A stretch of DNA of 62,530 nucleotides, the filler included, from Rhabdomonas costata (lineage: Eukaryota), in assembly GCA_019059605.1 (NCBI GenBank). It is 36 parts of 36 records of this genome, joined end to end, with 100 filler letters (N's around TTAATTAATTAA, not from the genome) between each part and the next. Parts side by side here need not be neighbours in the genome. Positions count along the whole stretch, not along the records: positions 10,453 to 12,097 come from JAHMHO010011492.1; positions 12,198 to 13,837 come from JAHMHO010011493.1; positions 13,938 to 15,577 come from JAHMHO010011494.1; positions 15,678 to 17,317 come from JAHMHO010011495.1; positions 17,418 to 19,056 come from JAHMHO010011496.1; positions 19,157 to 20,795 come from JAHMHO010011497.1; positions 20,896 to 22,535 come from JAHMHO010011498.1; positions 22,636 to 24,275 come from JAHMHO010011499.1; 28 more parts are not named here. One strand, 5' to 3'. Under the pieces are notes generated by a model, which ran no database searches, was not told where the DNA came from, and was given only the letters and a program-made list of their open reading frames with translations. The translations under genes and the position numbers were made by a program. Shown in pieces: positions 11,945 to 24,082 of the stretch (position 1 is the first letter of the stretch; the number at the start of each line of letters is the position of its first letter).

Positions 11945-13039
11945 CTGCATTAAAGCATTCATCCACCCTAACTGCAACAATACAATAGTCGAATAGATTA
12001 CAATAGAAGCGGGTGCTCCTGGGGCTTACTTGCTAACGCGCAAACACACACACACACACCAACACCACACAGTGCAATTACCGCGCTTACCGAAGACNNN
12101 NNNNNNNNNNNNNNNNNNNNNNNNNNNNNNNNNNNNNNNNNTTAATTAATTAANNNNNNNNNNNNNNNNNNNNNNNNNNNNNNNNNNNNNNNNNNNNGTT
12201 GGTGTGTCAAAAAGGCAGCAAAGTAGTTCCCTGTCTCATTTCCTCCTTTTCCCTTTTTCCCGCACCTCCCGTTGATATGTATTCCAGGACTGTGCTGTTG
12301 TCTGCACCGATACCCTACATTGCTGCCTTTTTGTCACACCAAAAGAAACGCAACCAATCGCTCGCCTGCCGTCACTCTGTTGCTCCGCTTTCGCGGTAGC
12401 TGTGATAGAGTTTAGACTCAAGGTTCTTCCCCTGCGACATTCGCTCCCTTTTGAACTGAAAAAAGCGGCGTGCACATTGCATTCCGGCTTTCCATGTTCA
12501 CAAGTACGGCTATATTTTACCACCGCTCATCTCCAATGCTGTAACTGGGTCACTAATTTTTATATCTCCTGAAAATGGCCTTTCTGCAAATAAAAATACA
12601 CAGCATAAATTTGACAAGCAAGAAATCAAATGTAAATTAGCAATTTGAAAGTTGCGTCATGGACAGTTCCAACCCAAAGGTATGGCTTTTTTGCTTCAAT
12701 GAGTTTTTTCTTTTATTTCGTTAGTAGTTTCGTTAGTATTTAATATTTTGCTTTTTTCTATTTTTTTTGGAAAACTCACAGCACCTCGCCACAAAATTCT
12801 TTCGCAGTCACACCGTCAAAAAAACTGCTTGCCTCCAAGCCCCCGCACGCACTTTTGGGCCTGAGGTCACCAACCATGGTGGTCTCAGCGGCCTCGGGGA
12901 TGATAATTAAGGTAAGTTACATCCCGAAACGAGCGTAGCGAGTGGGACATGCGACCAAGAAACCCCTCTCCTTCTAACTCAGGAAGGCATTCTTACCCTG
13001 CGGGGCCCTTCCCCCTACTTACGAACATGAGGTACCGTC

Positions 13040-13330
13040 CTCCTCGGGCTTCTTGCGGAAGCTGTTCCGGGCGTACCGCTCGCGGCACCCAGGCTCCGGC
13101 CGCTTGGAGTACTCGGACCTTTGGTGCCGAGTGTCGGTGGGGGTCGCCAAAGCAGTGGGGCGTCAGCTGGGTTGCGGGGTTGTCCCCGACAGCCTTGATC
13201 TGCAAGGGCCCCGCCACCCCTCCCTCCCCTTTATGTGTTGCACTCTTCCCGAACTCTTGTGCCTGTGCCGCAGTGCCGTGAGTTTCACTCCCTTTTCTTG
13301 GGTGGTGTGGAAGCCGTGTAAGAAAAAGAA
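13040..13330 (+). mobile_element. Possible 5'-truncated 3' end of an RLE-type non-LTR retrotransposon
   Basis: FLRKLFRAYRSRHPGSGRLEYSDLWCRVSVGVAKAVGRQL resembles the C-terminal helix after the restriction-like endonuclease of CRE/R2-type elements (..R.SV.L..G.A). A pyrimidine-rich stretch and an A-rich end (AAGAAAAAGAA) follow. Confidence 0.4.
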
Positions 13331-13940
13331 CCCTGTCTTTCAATTCAAGCATCGCACCCCAGGCCGTAATTACTGCGAGCTTAGATGAACCATGGTGAAC
13401 GTGAGCACAAAGAGGAAACCCTCCCAGGGCGGCCACTATCCCCACATGTAAATACGTAATTCCGGGACGCGAAGAAGCTGGCGGGGAAACCACCCAAGGT
13501 GGTCTCTTTCTCCTCTCGCTGTACTCTCCTGTCTGCATGCAAGAGGGGAGAGTGAAGCGCAAAGCGAGAAAGATTAACAGAACCAATCAATTGACTCCAG
13601 CGCCCAGTCGCTAGTGCATTTGGTGGGAAGAAGCGGGTTCCTGAAGAGCTCTTCTTTATTGCCCCCTCGTCTTGCTCGCATTTTCTCTTGTGAATGTGAT
13701 ATGGCTTTTTATGATGCTTTGTTTTCAAGGCTTCAAACGCTGTGCTGAATTTCTTTGACTCGGAGGATTTCTTGGAAGGATATGCGATAGAGTTTCGTCC
13801 TCCGACCGAGTTAGAACGTTTTGATACCGTCACAACANNNNNNNNNNNNNNNNNNNNNNNNNNNNNNNNNNNNNNNNNNNNTTAATTAATTAANNNNNNN
13901 NNNNNNNNNNNNNNNNNNNNNNNNNNNNNNNNNNNNNGTT

Positions 13941-14136
13941 TTGTGGGGTCATCGCAAACGACATGCACGGCTTCCAGGTTTGGGGGGGATTGTATATATA
14001 TTCAAAAACCCCGGACCTGCTTCGGCTTTGCACTTTGGAAGGAGACACTTCCAGGTCCAGGTTCCAATCTGGAACGCCATGCGGGCGACTTCCATCCGCC
14101 ATTTTCATCCGCAAGGGATTTTTGCTCAACCGAAGC
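13941..14136 (-). repeat. Dispersed repeat family A, internally deleted copy with upstream pairing arm
   Basis: The minus strand reads GCAAAGCCGAAGCAGGTCCGGGGTTTTTGAATATATATACAA...GTTTGCGATGACCCCACAA. The upstream arm GCTTCGGTTGAGCA (14136-14123) can pair with the head motif. Confidence 0.65.
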
Positions 14137-14634
14137 GAGTGCGCAAGTGTCGACGAAACAAAATCAGAAGCTCAGGTATCCTTGAGACCTTGCGCCTCTT
14201 GTTTTTGAATGCACCTCAAACACTCCACCCCACCACTCGTTTTCCTCGTCTTATATGATCCAAAGAGAATAAATGCGTTCCTTCTCAAGCAGACTTCCAC
14301 GCGAACCATGCAAATACAAGGTGGGCCGGCACGGGACGATTCTTCGGTTCGGCAGCCCCAGAGCCTCAAATTCTCTCACTCACACACTGAGACTGAGGCA
14401 CAGCTCACAGAACCATATGTTGGCTGCGCTTCGTCAATTTATTCGGGAATCTCATTGTTTGCAGGGGACGCGGTAGAAAGAGGGCCCATGAGGTTCCCCA
14501 AAAGAGCAAGATCATATCAAACGGAAAGTAAGAGCCTGATTGAGTGCAAATAGACACAAAAACCAGGAGCATTTGCACTTGAAACCCGATGCCACCCCAG
14601 TATGTATGTGTATATATGTGTGAAGGAGAGAAAC

Positions 14635-15514
14635 CTGTAGACATCGCAGCAGCGCTGAGCAGAAGAGCAGACAATCGCCACATATGGTGTTCCACGGCGC
14701 CGAGAACCTAATCGACAAAGCACACAGAATGAAAAACGAAAAAACGCCGAAGCACCAAATGACTCCGACAACTGAACTAAATCCAAAAGCACCGCTTGTA
14801 AGGACAGCAAGACCAACTGCAAAAGATGAAGCCCCCATACTCACATTCAAGAAGCCAACACGTTACAGGCACTTTCCCCTGCTTCCTACTGACAGAAATC
14901 CACCAACGAGAAGTCACACAGAGAGACTAAGTGAGGGTGAAGGGGGTGATTCACTAACAACCACCGCAATGTATTGCTCAAAACCAGCGGGAACGAAGCA
15001 CAATGGTTAGAAATTGTCGACAATGTCAGAACTCACTCAAAACCACTCCAAGATGCCCCACCTGAGGCCAGCTTGAGGCATTCGTCCGCCCTTTCTCCAA
15101 AAAGGCTGCGCAAGGTCTCTGGCAGGCTGCTGAGCTCTCGGCACTTTCCCGGGGGCAGTGGGACAATGTGCTTCTCTGCAAGGATTCAGGAGAGACGAAA
15201 ACCACTTCCGAAAGAGCTATCCGTATCCGAGTCAAATTTCAAATCTTCGGAGATCCTGTGCAAATGGCTATTCGTCCGTGCACACATGAAAAAGTGGGCT
15301 TCTTTCCAGAGAGTTCAATTATGTGGACGATCTGATCCGTACAGGTCTGGAAGTGAAAGTTAAGAGAATACAATTCTTTGAAGAGAAAGAGTAGAAGAGA
15401 AAGAGTAAGGAAGGAGGCACCATCACCTTCCAAGCACGGAGGAAGCACCATCGCGGCAGCCGCTTGCGCATTTGAGTACATCGTCTCCACAAGCATGTCC
15501 CAAAACTGCTCAGC
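14635..15514 (-). CDS. CMS1/CMSS1-like ribosome biogenesis protein, three exons (15514-15421, 15175-15062, 14707-14635)
   Basis: Phase-compatible GT-AG joins give AEQFWDMLVETMY...ELSSLPETLRSLFG...SRRRGTPYVAIVCSSAQRCCDVYR. This matches the CMS1 pattern G.P..LI..SSA.R..D..R. Confidence 0.65.
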
Positions 15515-15845
15515 CTGAAGCGCCAAAGGAAGTCAGAACCACTGTGGATTTTTTCGGCACCCACCACACACAAACCCNNNNNNNNNNNNNNNNNNNNNNN
15601 NNNNNNNNNNNNNNNNNNNNNTTAATTAATTAANNNNNNNNNNNNNNNNNNNNNNNNNNNNNNNNNNNNNNNNNNNNGGTGTGGGGTGGCGGTAACGATT
15701 CTCAGAGGCAAAAAGTTTTTTTATTACTTGAAACTGTGCCAGCACCTACAAAATGTTCTATTTTAGTGCATATGGGTAAACGGTGTCAGCTCTTCTCGGA
15801 TTCTCCTCTGGAGAGGGGGTACTTATGAGCCGGGACCCACCACCG

Positions 15846-15889
15846 TGCTGTGCTGTGCTGTGCTGTGCTGTGCTGTGCTGTGCTGTGCT
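15846..15889. repeat. (TGCTG)n microsatellite
   Basis: About 9 tandem pentamers. Confidence 0.95.
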
Positions 15890-17792
15890 CACATGAGCGT
15901 GTGAGGATATAAGCTGGAATGCTCTCCTCGGGAAAGCGTAGGTTATCTCTAGACTGGCCGGGCCGCACTTTGCAACTCTTCGCACTTTGTGCTACAGATC
16001 GCCCTGCAAAGCTGCAGCTCACAGCTTGAGCGACTCAGTCGCACAGCGGAGCTAACGCCTGCTGTGCCCCTGGCAGCACTCGGCTCTCTGCACAGACACG
16101 CTGAGATTCCCCCACCTTGTCACAAACAAACAGACACAGCAGTTCCCTACCTGACAAAGCTGGACTGCTCGTGATCGCACGAGGACGCAATGCTGCCTTC
16201 GACAGACCAGAGCTCATGCCATGCGCACAATCTTGTTCAGACGTTCATTTATTCACTTTCACTCACTCGCCAATTCACTTCGCACCAGAGTTATGGCAAT
16301 AACCAAACACCAGACAGTGGTTTTGTGGGATTCCTTTGCGAAGCCCAGGAGGCAAAGGTGCCAGAAGTGAAGCGGCGACAGGAAGAACAAAACAGCACTG
16401 ACGCAGTTCTCCAAAAAAAAATCCACTGGGGCAGGGTGGGCAACGGCCACAACTCTCTCACACGGTAGGCTGCTACTTGCTGCCTAGAGCGTGAGGAAGG
16501 ATGGCGTAAAACCGGCGAACAAAAACTAACAAGAAACAGCTGGCAACAAAAAAAGGCTAATGGGGTGGCTTCCATAATCAAGCCCCGACGACTCAAGGCA
16601 AAGTTTTGCAAAGTTTGCCACTCGAGAGTTGGGGAACACGAAAATTGAAAAAAAAAGAGGTGAGGCACGAAAAAGAAAGGAAAGGCGACGGTCATCACGA
16701 AGTGCCTGGCTGGGTGTCAGACACAAGCAATGATTGCCGGGGGTTAGGGCAGTGCGCATTCTTTAAAACTGGTGTGCAGGGGAGGGGATTTCAAATGGAC
16801 ATGGAGTCACCCCCCCCTCCCTTGTCTGTTCAAGTGGAGGGTGATCGGTTCACAGGTAGCGGGTGGGCGCGCGTGTGCGCACGCAGTTTCCGGATGGATC
16901 CCCTTACGACGGGGCGTTTCCTCGGGATGGTAGGACCAACTCCACCATATCCGGTGGGTCGTTCCCCCCCACTCCAACAAGAGCAGCGGTAACACCGCCC
17001 CTCCCCCCTCTGCAATGCTCCTGAATTTTCGAAATACCGTGTGGGGGTCAAACGACTGGTGGCGGGAAGCGAGAGCGTCTAGGCCGTTGAGATGCCCTAC
17101 CGGTGCCATGCACGCCAAAATGTAAACAGTCCGAGTCACGATTCTGAAACACTCGAAAATCAAACAAGACCAGAGAAGGCGTGTCAGCTAACCCAAAAAT
17201 TCGGAGATGGGAGCGATAAAAATTACACGTTTCCAAGACAGTCCCGGACGCACTCAAGGAATTCACATTCACCTTTTTCACGTGGAGTCTGGCGCCGCAT
17301 AACCGATCAAAACAAACNNNNNNNNNNNNNNNNNNNNNNNNNNNNNNNNNNNNNNNNNNNNTTAATTAATTAANNNNNNNNNNNNNNNNNNNNNNNNNNN
17401 NNNNNNNNNNNNNNNNNTTTGTTTTGTGCCTTGGCTGTTAGCTGTTAGCTTCTCTCTGCCTCCGCCTGGAGCCAATGGGAGCCAGGGGGGGGTGGAGGGA
17501 AGGTGTTGTAAGGTGTTGTCTTAGTTTCCTTTTTCCTTTGGAACGACCCGACGAGTGTGAAGCCCTCCTCTGCTCTCTTATGAGCACCTGTTTGAGCATT
17601 CGCGATTTCTTTTGTGGGCGTGATGGTGTGGATGGGTGTGCGTTGCGGGGAGGGGGGGGGTGCGGGACGTGCCCCTCTGCAGTTGCTGAAAGGTGAGCAG
17701 GATTGCTTAGCTTGTTGTAAATGCATTTCAAGGAGATGTAAGGTCTCGGTTTCGGCTTGCAGTATGTAGCCCTCTCCCCCTTCCATTTGCAG

Positions 17793-19056
17793 GCGGAGCA
17801 CCAAGAAGAGATGCTGAAGGAAATCCGCCTGCTGTCCACCTTTCGGCACGATAACATCGTCGCCTACCTGGGCTCCGCCGTGGTTGCGAAGAGCCTACTC
17901 ATTGTGTATGCATTCCCCCCATGTCTTCCTTGCGGTTTTCCCGCTGTCCCAGCGCTTGAGCGAAGGTCGGAGATCGGTGGATGTTCTTTAGTTCGGTGTG
18001 TTTATGTGTGTGTATGTGCCGTGGTTTGATATGTCATTGAGGTCGCCGTGCTGTCAGCAGACTGGGCGAGCGCAGAGGGTGAGCTCCCGTGAAATTTTCT
18101 GAAGTAGTACTCGAAAGCCTGCTGGAACAGAGAAGACCAAAGCAATGCCCATGTGTATGCAGTGTGTAGTTATGCGTGATTTTTCCCGTTCTTCCATCCG
18201 TCTTCATCTATCGCGGGCTCTTTAATTACTGGTTGTTCACCGCGAATGCCTTTCCACTCTGTGGATGTGTACCCCAGATGTGTACCCCACCTTGTGTGTC
18301 TGAGAGGAACCGCCTATCGTTTGACCGCTTCCTCGGCGCACAGGATGGAGTACGTGTCGTGTGGCAGCCTGGCGTTTATCGTGTCTCACTTCGGGAAGCT
18401 CCCCACGGCCTCCGTGGCGCACTACGCCCGGCACATCCTGCGCGGGCTGATCTACCTGCACTCCCACGACGTGGTGCACCGGGACATCAAGCCCGCCAAC
18501 CTGCTCATCGATGAGGCAGCCCTTCACACCCGGACTCTCCCGGCTTTCTCTACGCACGCCTTTCGTCATTGGTGGGGTGGAGGTGAGGTGGCGCTGGTAA
18601 TCTGCACTTTTGCCGTCTGCCTTCGAGTCTTTGGTTGTGCTGCTGCTCATACTGGACCTATTCATTAAGATCGGGTCGTGTTGTGAGGTTGTGTCAAACC
18701 CTTCCAAGGTCACATTCACAAGATGATGTAGGACTCAAAGCTCAAAGAACTCGGGCACGCTCGGAGCCAGAAAAGACCATCACTACGATGTCTTATGCAC
18801 GTAGCATGTGCTTGTGTGTTTTTGTGTATGCGTGGGCGTGTGCGAGGGTAGCCAACGGTATCGACAAATTGCGATGTGCGTATGTCAGAGTTTTCCCCTC
18901 TTATTCACCTTGCACTCGCTTCTTATTTTCTGTTTCCCGTCTTTGCTACCGTAGCTGCTTCTTCCAGTTTTTCGTGTTCACGCTTACCTTTTTTTTCCGC
19001 CTTGCACAAACCAGTCCGGGCGGTGCAAGCTGACGGATTTCGGCACAACAAACCCC
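17793..19056 (+). CDS. Ser/Thr protein kinase (STE11/MAP3K-like), three exons (17793-17905, 18344-18515, 19015 to contig end)
   Basis: KEIRLLSTFRHDNIVAYLG..IVMEYVSCGSL..LRGLIYLHSHDVVHRDIKPANLLIDE|SGRCKLTDFG. Intron 1 is GTATGC..CAG and intron 2 is GCAGCC..CAG. Confidence 0.93.
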
Positions 19057-21854
19057 NNNNNNNNNNNNNNNNNNNNNNNNNNNNNNNNNNNNNNNNNNNN
19101 TTAATTAATTAANNNNNNNNNNNNNNNNNNNNNNNNNNNNNNNNNNNNNNNNNNNNGGTGGTTGGGTGCTTCGAAACAGATTCTGTATTGTCTCACTTTA
19201 AAAATGTGTCGCAAGAGCAACGTCGTTGCTCAACGGGCGTCCCACATTATCTGAACCCCACTGCCAATCCTACACACCCAAGCTCCGACTCCCATGCCAA
19301 TGTTTTTTCAAGGCCTTCAAGGCCAAAAGTGGCCAAGTGAGTCCACCGTTAAACTACTGGGGCCAGAAACGTTCGCTGGGACGGCTGCCCGTACACCGCG
19401 GGGGTCGTCGGGACCTTTCGCCGCGGACGGAGAAACAGGCGAAACAGGTGCCCTTTCAGTGCTCGAACTTTTCGGACAGGGTGACAGGGTTGCTGTTATA
19501 GTTGGGCTCTACCGCCATTGCATGCGCCGCTTCTGTCGGGGCCCGTTTGCATGGAAGCACCACTGGACCGTCCTTTTTGCCCATGGAAATTGGGGCATGC
19601 TTTGCCTTCCTACCTGTCTGACACCCTTGTCGTGGCCGAAACCAGGCCAAATGCACGTCAAAAGGGACCATCGGGTCCACCAAAGGGGTGTGGTGGTCTG
19701 CCGAAATGCTGGGCACCGAACAACAGCGACAAACAGGCACCCATAGGGAGGGAGGCAATCAAGACATTGCGATACAATCAGGGTACGACAACATGACTTT
19801 CGCTCTTTTTGAAATGGACCAACTTTTGTGATGTGTGGCTTCCTTTCCTGCCCTCGCCCCGGACCGGTGTTACGGCCGCTCCTGTGTTGCGTAATTTTCC
19901 GTTGTTGGGCACCATTTGCGTCCGGTGCGCGCCAAGCGGTTGACCAAAACCGGCTCTGTAGACGCCAACGCTAATGTATCGAGCGTTTGGTTTTGAACCT
20001 GGATTATGGCGTTTGCTTTTCTGGTAAACGTTCTTTCCGGCGGCCGCGCCCGGATTTGGGCTGGTGTGCGGGTTGGGTTGTCGTATGCCGCTTTGCTTCT
20101 CTGGGTTCGTTCTTCAACTTTCGCGCTTCTTTGCCCGCGATATCAACCTAGGGTGAAACATGGATTTGTTCCCTTTGCACATAAGTAGCTGCCCACACTC
20201 AGGATGAGCACCCGGCCCGCCCAATCGGTAACAAAGAAAAATACAGAAAAGCACGCGAAAAAAAGGAAAAGAAAAATGGTGGACAATCTCACGAGGTGTA
20301 TGGGCTGAGTGAATCCCGGACCCGGGTGAGACAGAGAGCCAGGCCACGGGAGGGAAGCTGCATGGAAGATAAATGCGTGCACACCAGAGGAAGAGTGGGA
20401 GACATGAGCATTGAGCCATAATGTTTTTGCTTTTGTGTGTGGTCTTGACATGAAGCGTCACACTTACGTGCTGGCAAAAGCATGTCGGGAGAAATCTCGG
20501 TTGATTTTGGTGACCCCAGAATGGCCAGATGCACAGTGGGGCGTAGCGGTGGTATTTAGTTAGCTCCTTGTTCCATGGTCCCTGCTTTTACAGCTTTGTT
20601 TGTGTGTGTGTGTCTGTGGGGTGGGATTGTGGGCAGTGCTTTGATAAGTCTTCCACAGACTGGGGGAAGGTGCGAAGAGAGACTCCATAGACGACTAAAT
20701 AGTAGATGTTATGGTGTGGTAGACAGGATCACGAGGTGGATGAATGCAGGGCACTGCCCACAATCCCACCCCACAGACACACACACACAAACAAANNNNN
20801 NNNNNNNNNNNNNNNNNNNNNNNNNNNNNNNNNNNNNNNTTAATTAATTAANNNNNNNNNNNNNNNNNNNNNNNNNNNNNNNNNNNNNNNNNNNNTGGTG
20901 TGTGTGTATTGGCAACGTGCGGTGCTGGAATTGTGTGACAGGTGGTCGTGATTATTATTTTTTTTGAGGTGTGGTAAATGGAGATTAATTTGGAGTTTCC
21001 TACACCAAGTTCAAGCTAAATATACTGAGCGGTAGGTGAGCACGGTGGACACAAGAAAAGTTTCCGTTAGTGCTGGAGTGTCTCCAGAGCTTGGGAAGCA
21101 AAGGTGGTGGTAGTTAAACGTCCGGGGGTGGGGTGTTGTCAAAAAGGAACTGGTGTAACTGTTGGGATGAAAGTGGAAGGGGTTGATTTGTGCAGTGGCT
21201 GTCCGGTAATCCACGTAGGTGGTGGCAAGGTAGAGAACCTCAACCAGGGATTAGTGTGCATACCGTTCACGCTGTGGTGGAAGGTTGGACCGTTGGGATT
21301 CGTTAGTGAAAAAGTCAAAACCGTCGTGTGCGTGTGGTAGTGCCGTGCTGACAGCCTGGACAAAGGGCTGCAGCAGTTGGTGGTTCCACTTGTGGGCGGG
21401 TATAAGTGGTGCAGTTGAGCCGGTAGTTTGGATACAAACCAACGTGTGCCAGAGGAGTGTGTGTGGGCATTCCACGTCGGGGTGAACCGACGGGTGCCTC
21501 GTACTTCACGTGTGTAGGCAAAGTGGGCTGCGTCTCAGTAGTCGTTGGTTGGGAACGGCTGGGCAGAACGCTCCACCACTGGAGATGAATGCTGGAGGGG
21601 ATCTATCCCCCACTAGAGGGGATTGCTCCCTGGCATATGGCGCAGGATCACTTGCTGCTGAGTTGGAGGATTCGGAGGCTGGTCCACTGTTAGGTTCAAA
21701 GATTGACGGTCCCATTAGTTGTTCTACTTGCGGTGGGCATTCGATCCATCATTTGGTCGTCGGATGGCGGCGGTGACAGTCCAGGTTGAGAAGGACTGCC
21801 ATGGCTGATGTAAACACAAAACGGACACCAGGACAAAGCCGGTCGCACCAAGGT

Positions 21855-22307
21855 GGGTACGTTAGCGACTCTGACTGACATCAACTGCTTCAGACGCTTA
21901 CGCGGTAGTTGCATTTCAGTGACCAGGGCTTCGCTCATGAAGCAATATAAAGCTCCTCAATCCAACAGGGCGGGCACTACATGTTCCCCAAAGGTAAGCG
22001 GTAGGAACAGTAGTGGCCTCGGCGGCGGGGGGTCTGATCCTTCTTCAATGGAAACTTCAACGTCGTGGACCACCCGCTCAAGAAACAAAGCTGTCAGCGT
22101 TAGTTCTTTGGGAAGAAAACCGGTAGTGGTTGCAAAAGAAAAGTGGTGTTGTGAAAAGGAAGAATAATTAGGTAGTGTCAGCATTCCTTGTCGATCTCCC
22201 AGCGTTAACTGCTCAAAACGTTGCTCCATAACGCTTGCCTTCTGTCTGTGTGACTCGTGAACCTCCACGTTCTCACTCCTACTTACCATACTGGTACTAC
22301 TACACAC
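21855..22307 (-). pseudogene. Ty3/Gypsy-type LTR retrotransposon remnant (retropepsin protease region)
   Basis: RPLLFLPLTFGEHVVPALLD*GALYCFMSEALVTEMQLPRKRLKQLMSVRVAN matches the retropepsin pattern ALLDSGA..F.S..LV..L.L....VRVANG. The Ser of the DSG motif is replaced by TGA at 21959-21957. Confidence 0.72.
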
Positions 22308-23020
22308 GATGCGTCAGCGCCGGCTTTCTGTGCTGCTTTTCTGTCCGCAACACACGTGGCAGCAGCGTAGCATCGCCCAGCAAAGGCACCAACCGCATCG
22401 CACGTGACGGTGGCTCCGGATGGCTTCCAGGCTTTGATCCCACGAATGCTCATCGCACGTTGGTCTGGTGGTTTGTCGTCGGCGTGTTACTGTCATCAAC
22501 TGATGACAGTAACACGCCGACGACAAACCACCACCNNNNNNNNNNNNNNNNNNNNNNNNNNNNNNNNNNNNNNNNNNNNTTAATTAATTAANNNNNNNNN
22601 NNNNNNNNNNNNNNNNNNNNNNNNNNNNNNNNNNNGTGTTGGGTGTGTGTGGGGTTTTGGGGGTTCGAGGGTTTGCATTTGGCCTTTGATTTTTGCCTGT
22701 TTTTCAGACCTTGGGGTGTATGGGTGGAATTTTATTGCGCAGCCTTCGCTGGCTGTTGGCTTCTCTCCGCCTACCGCCCTCAGGTTCTCAGGAGATGCAA
22801 ACCGAATCGCTCACAGTAAAACCATAACCTATCGCTCGATTTGAAAAAGGAATCGAGTGCAATCGGAGCAGTGCTTGACTGTTCATTGTGATTGAAATCG
22901 GCTAAGGAGTCGCGGTTATGCCTTGGAAAATAATGGGAATAATTGGGAATCGAAATTTATTCTATCTAGCTCACCATGCCGAATGTTGCCCTGCTTCCAT
23001 TCCTTTGTGCCCGTTTCTAG

Positions 23021-24082
23021 CCGCTCCCGGCAAATTATCAACGAGAGCCTTAAGCTGCTAGAGAAGGTTCACGCCAGATCTGCGGGCCCCAGCAAAACCT
23101 TTCCTTCAAGTGCAGGTGCATCGTACACTGGTATTGGTTCCGCTGTCCGTGTGACGCTTTTTATTTAACTTTCTGTATTGCTGATATGCATGTACCATTA
23201 TTCGTTTACTTGATTCTGGGAAGAACGTGAACGCTGTCTGCATTTATTGAGAATGGTTCCTTGGTTTTTACTGAATCTTTGTGAATTTACTTGAATGAAG
23301 GATGAGAATACACTTTAGGTGCGGGAGCACGTGTCACGAGCACACCAGCAGCAGAGTGCATATTTTTCCGTCGTCCCGTCCACTGAAAGCTTCCACTGAA
23401 AACTGCGTTTTTGCGGTTGGGGTGCAGATCCGCCCTCTTTGACCTCCACTGCTGTTCGTTTGGGAGCTGAACAGGTTCCACCAAGGGTGACACCTTTTTT
23501 TGTGCTTTCTCTTGCCCTTTGGAGGTACTTACGCTTTCTGTGCTGAAACCCATCCCTCTGCTCGATGCAGTAGAGTGTGGGGTTGAGCAGCGAGGCGAAG
23601 TCCTGGGAAACCAACATAGCCCTTTCTTTTTGTTTGCCTTTTGATTTGTACGCGTGCCCAGCTCGATTGGTTGACCACCTCTCTCTTCACTGCAACTGTT
23701 TAGTCCTTGAATCCTGGGCCCCCTGCTCTTCTGAACTTTGCCGAAAAGATGGATCCTGACCCTTTGTGTTGTCTCGGCGCAGTCTTTGGTCTCGACTTAT
23801 TCCTCATCGGCGGTGGCACCACCTTCCGACCCAAATGGGTGGGCCCGCTCTGGAGCTCGCCGCACAGACCGCCCCCCAGTTCCGCGTTCCGCAATGGGTG
23901 GCTCTGAGGAATACCTCACCACGGAATCCTCCAGGCGTACCCGCGGGGGCAGCGGCGGCACCGCCACCGCCACCTCCTCTTCCTCCTTGGCCTCCTCCCA
24001 GCGCCCCGGCTCTGGTTCTGGCGCAGCCCAAGTGGGCCAGCGCGCCAACTCCAGTGCTCGCCCGGCTGCTGCCAAAGGTTGA
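23021..24082 (+). CDS. Hypothetical protein: exon 23021-23115 and low-complexity terminal exon 23783-24082
   Basis: AG|RSRQIINESLKLLEKVHAR..|GT, then a GC-rich S/G/A-rich exon ending in TGA. The phases require an intervening exon, possibly near 23571. Confidence 0.4.

Noticed and set aside
12757-12770. TCTATTTTTTTTGG as a euglenid spliced-leader exon
   Set aside because: Only the low-complexity T-run matches. The upstream leader sequence and the following GT donor are absent.
21957-21959. In-frame TGA as selenocysteine or a reassigned codon
   Set aside because: It replaces Ser (TCA to TGA) in a decayed transposon. Host terminal exons use both TGA (7699, 35808) and TAA (49118, 54736) as stops.
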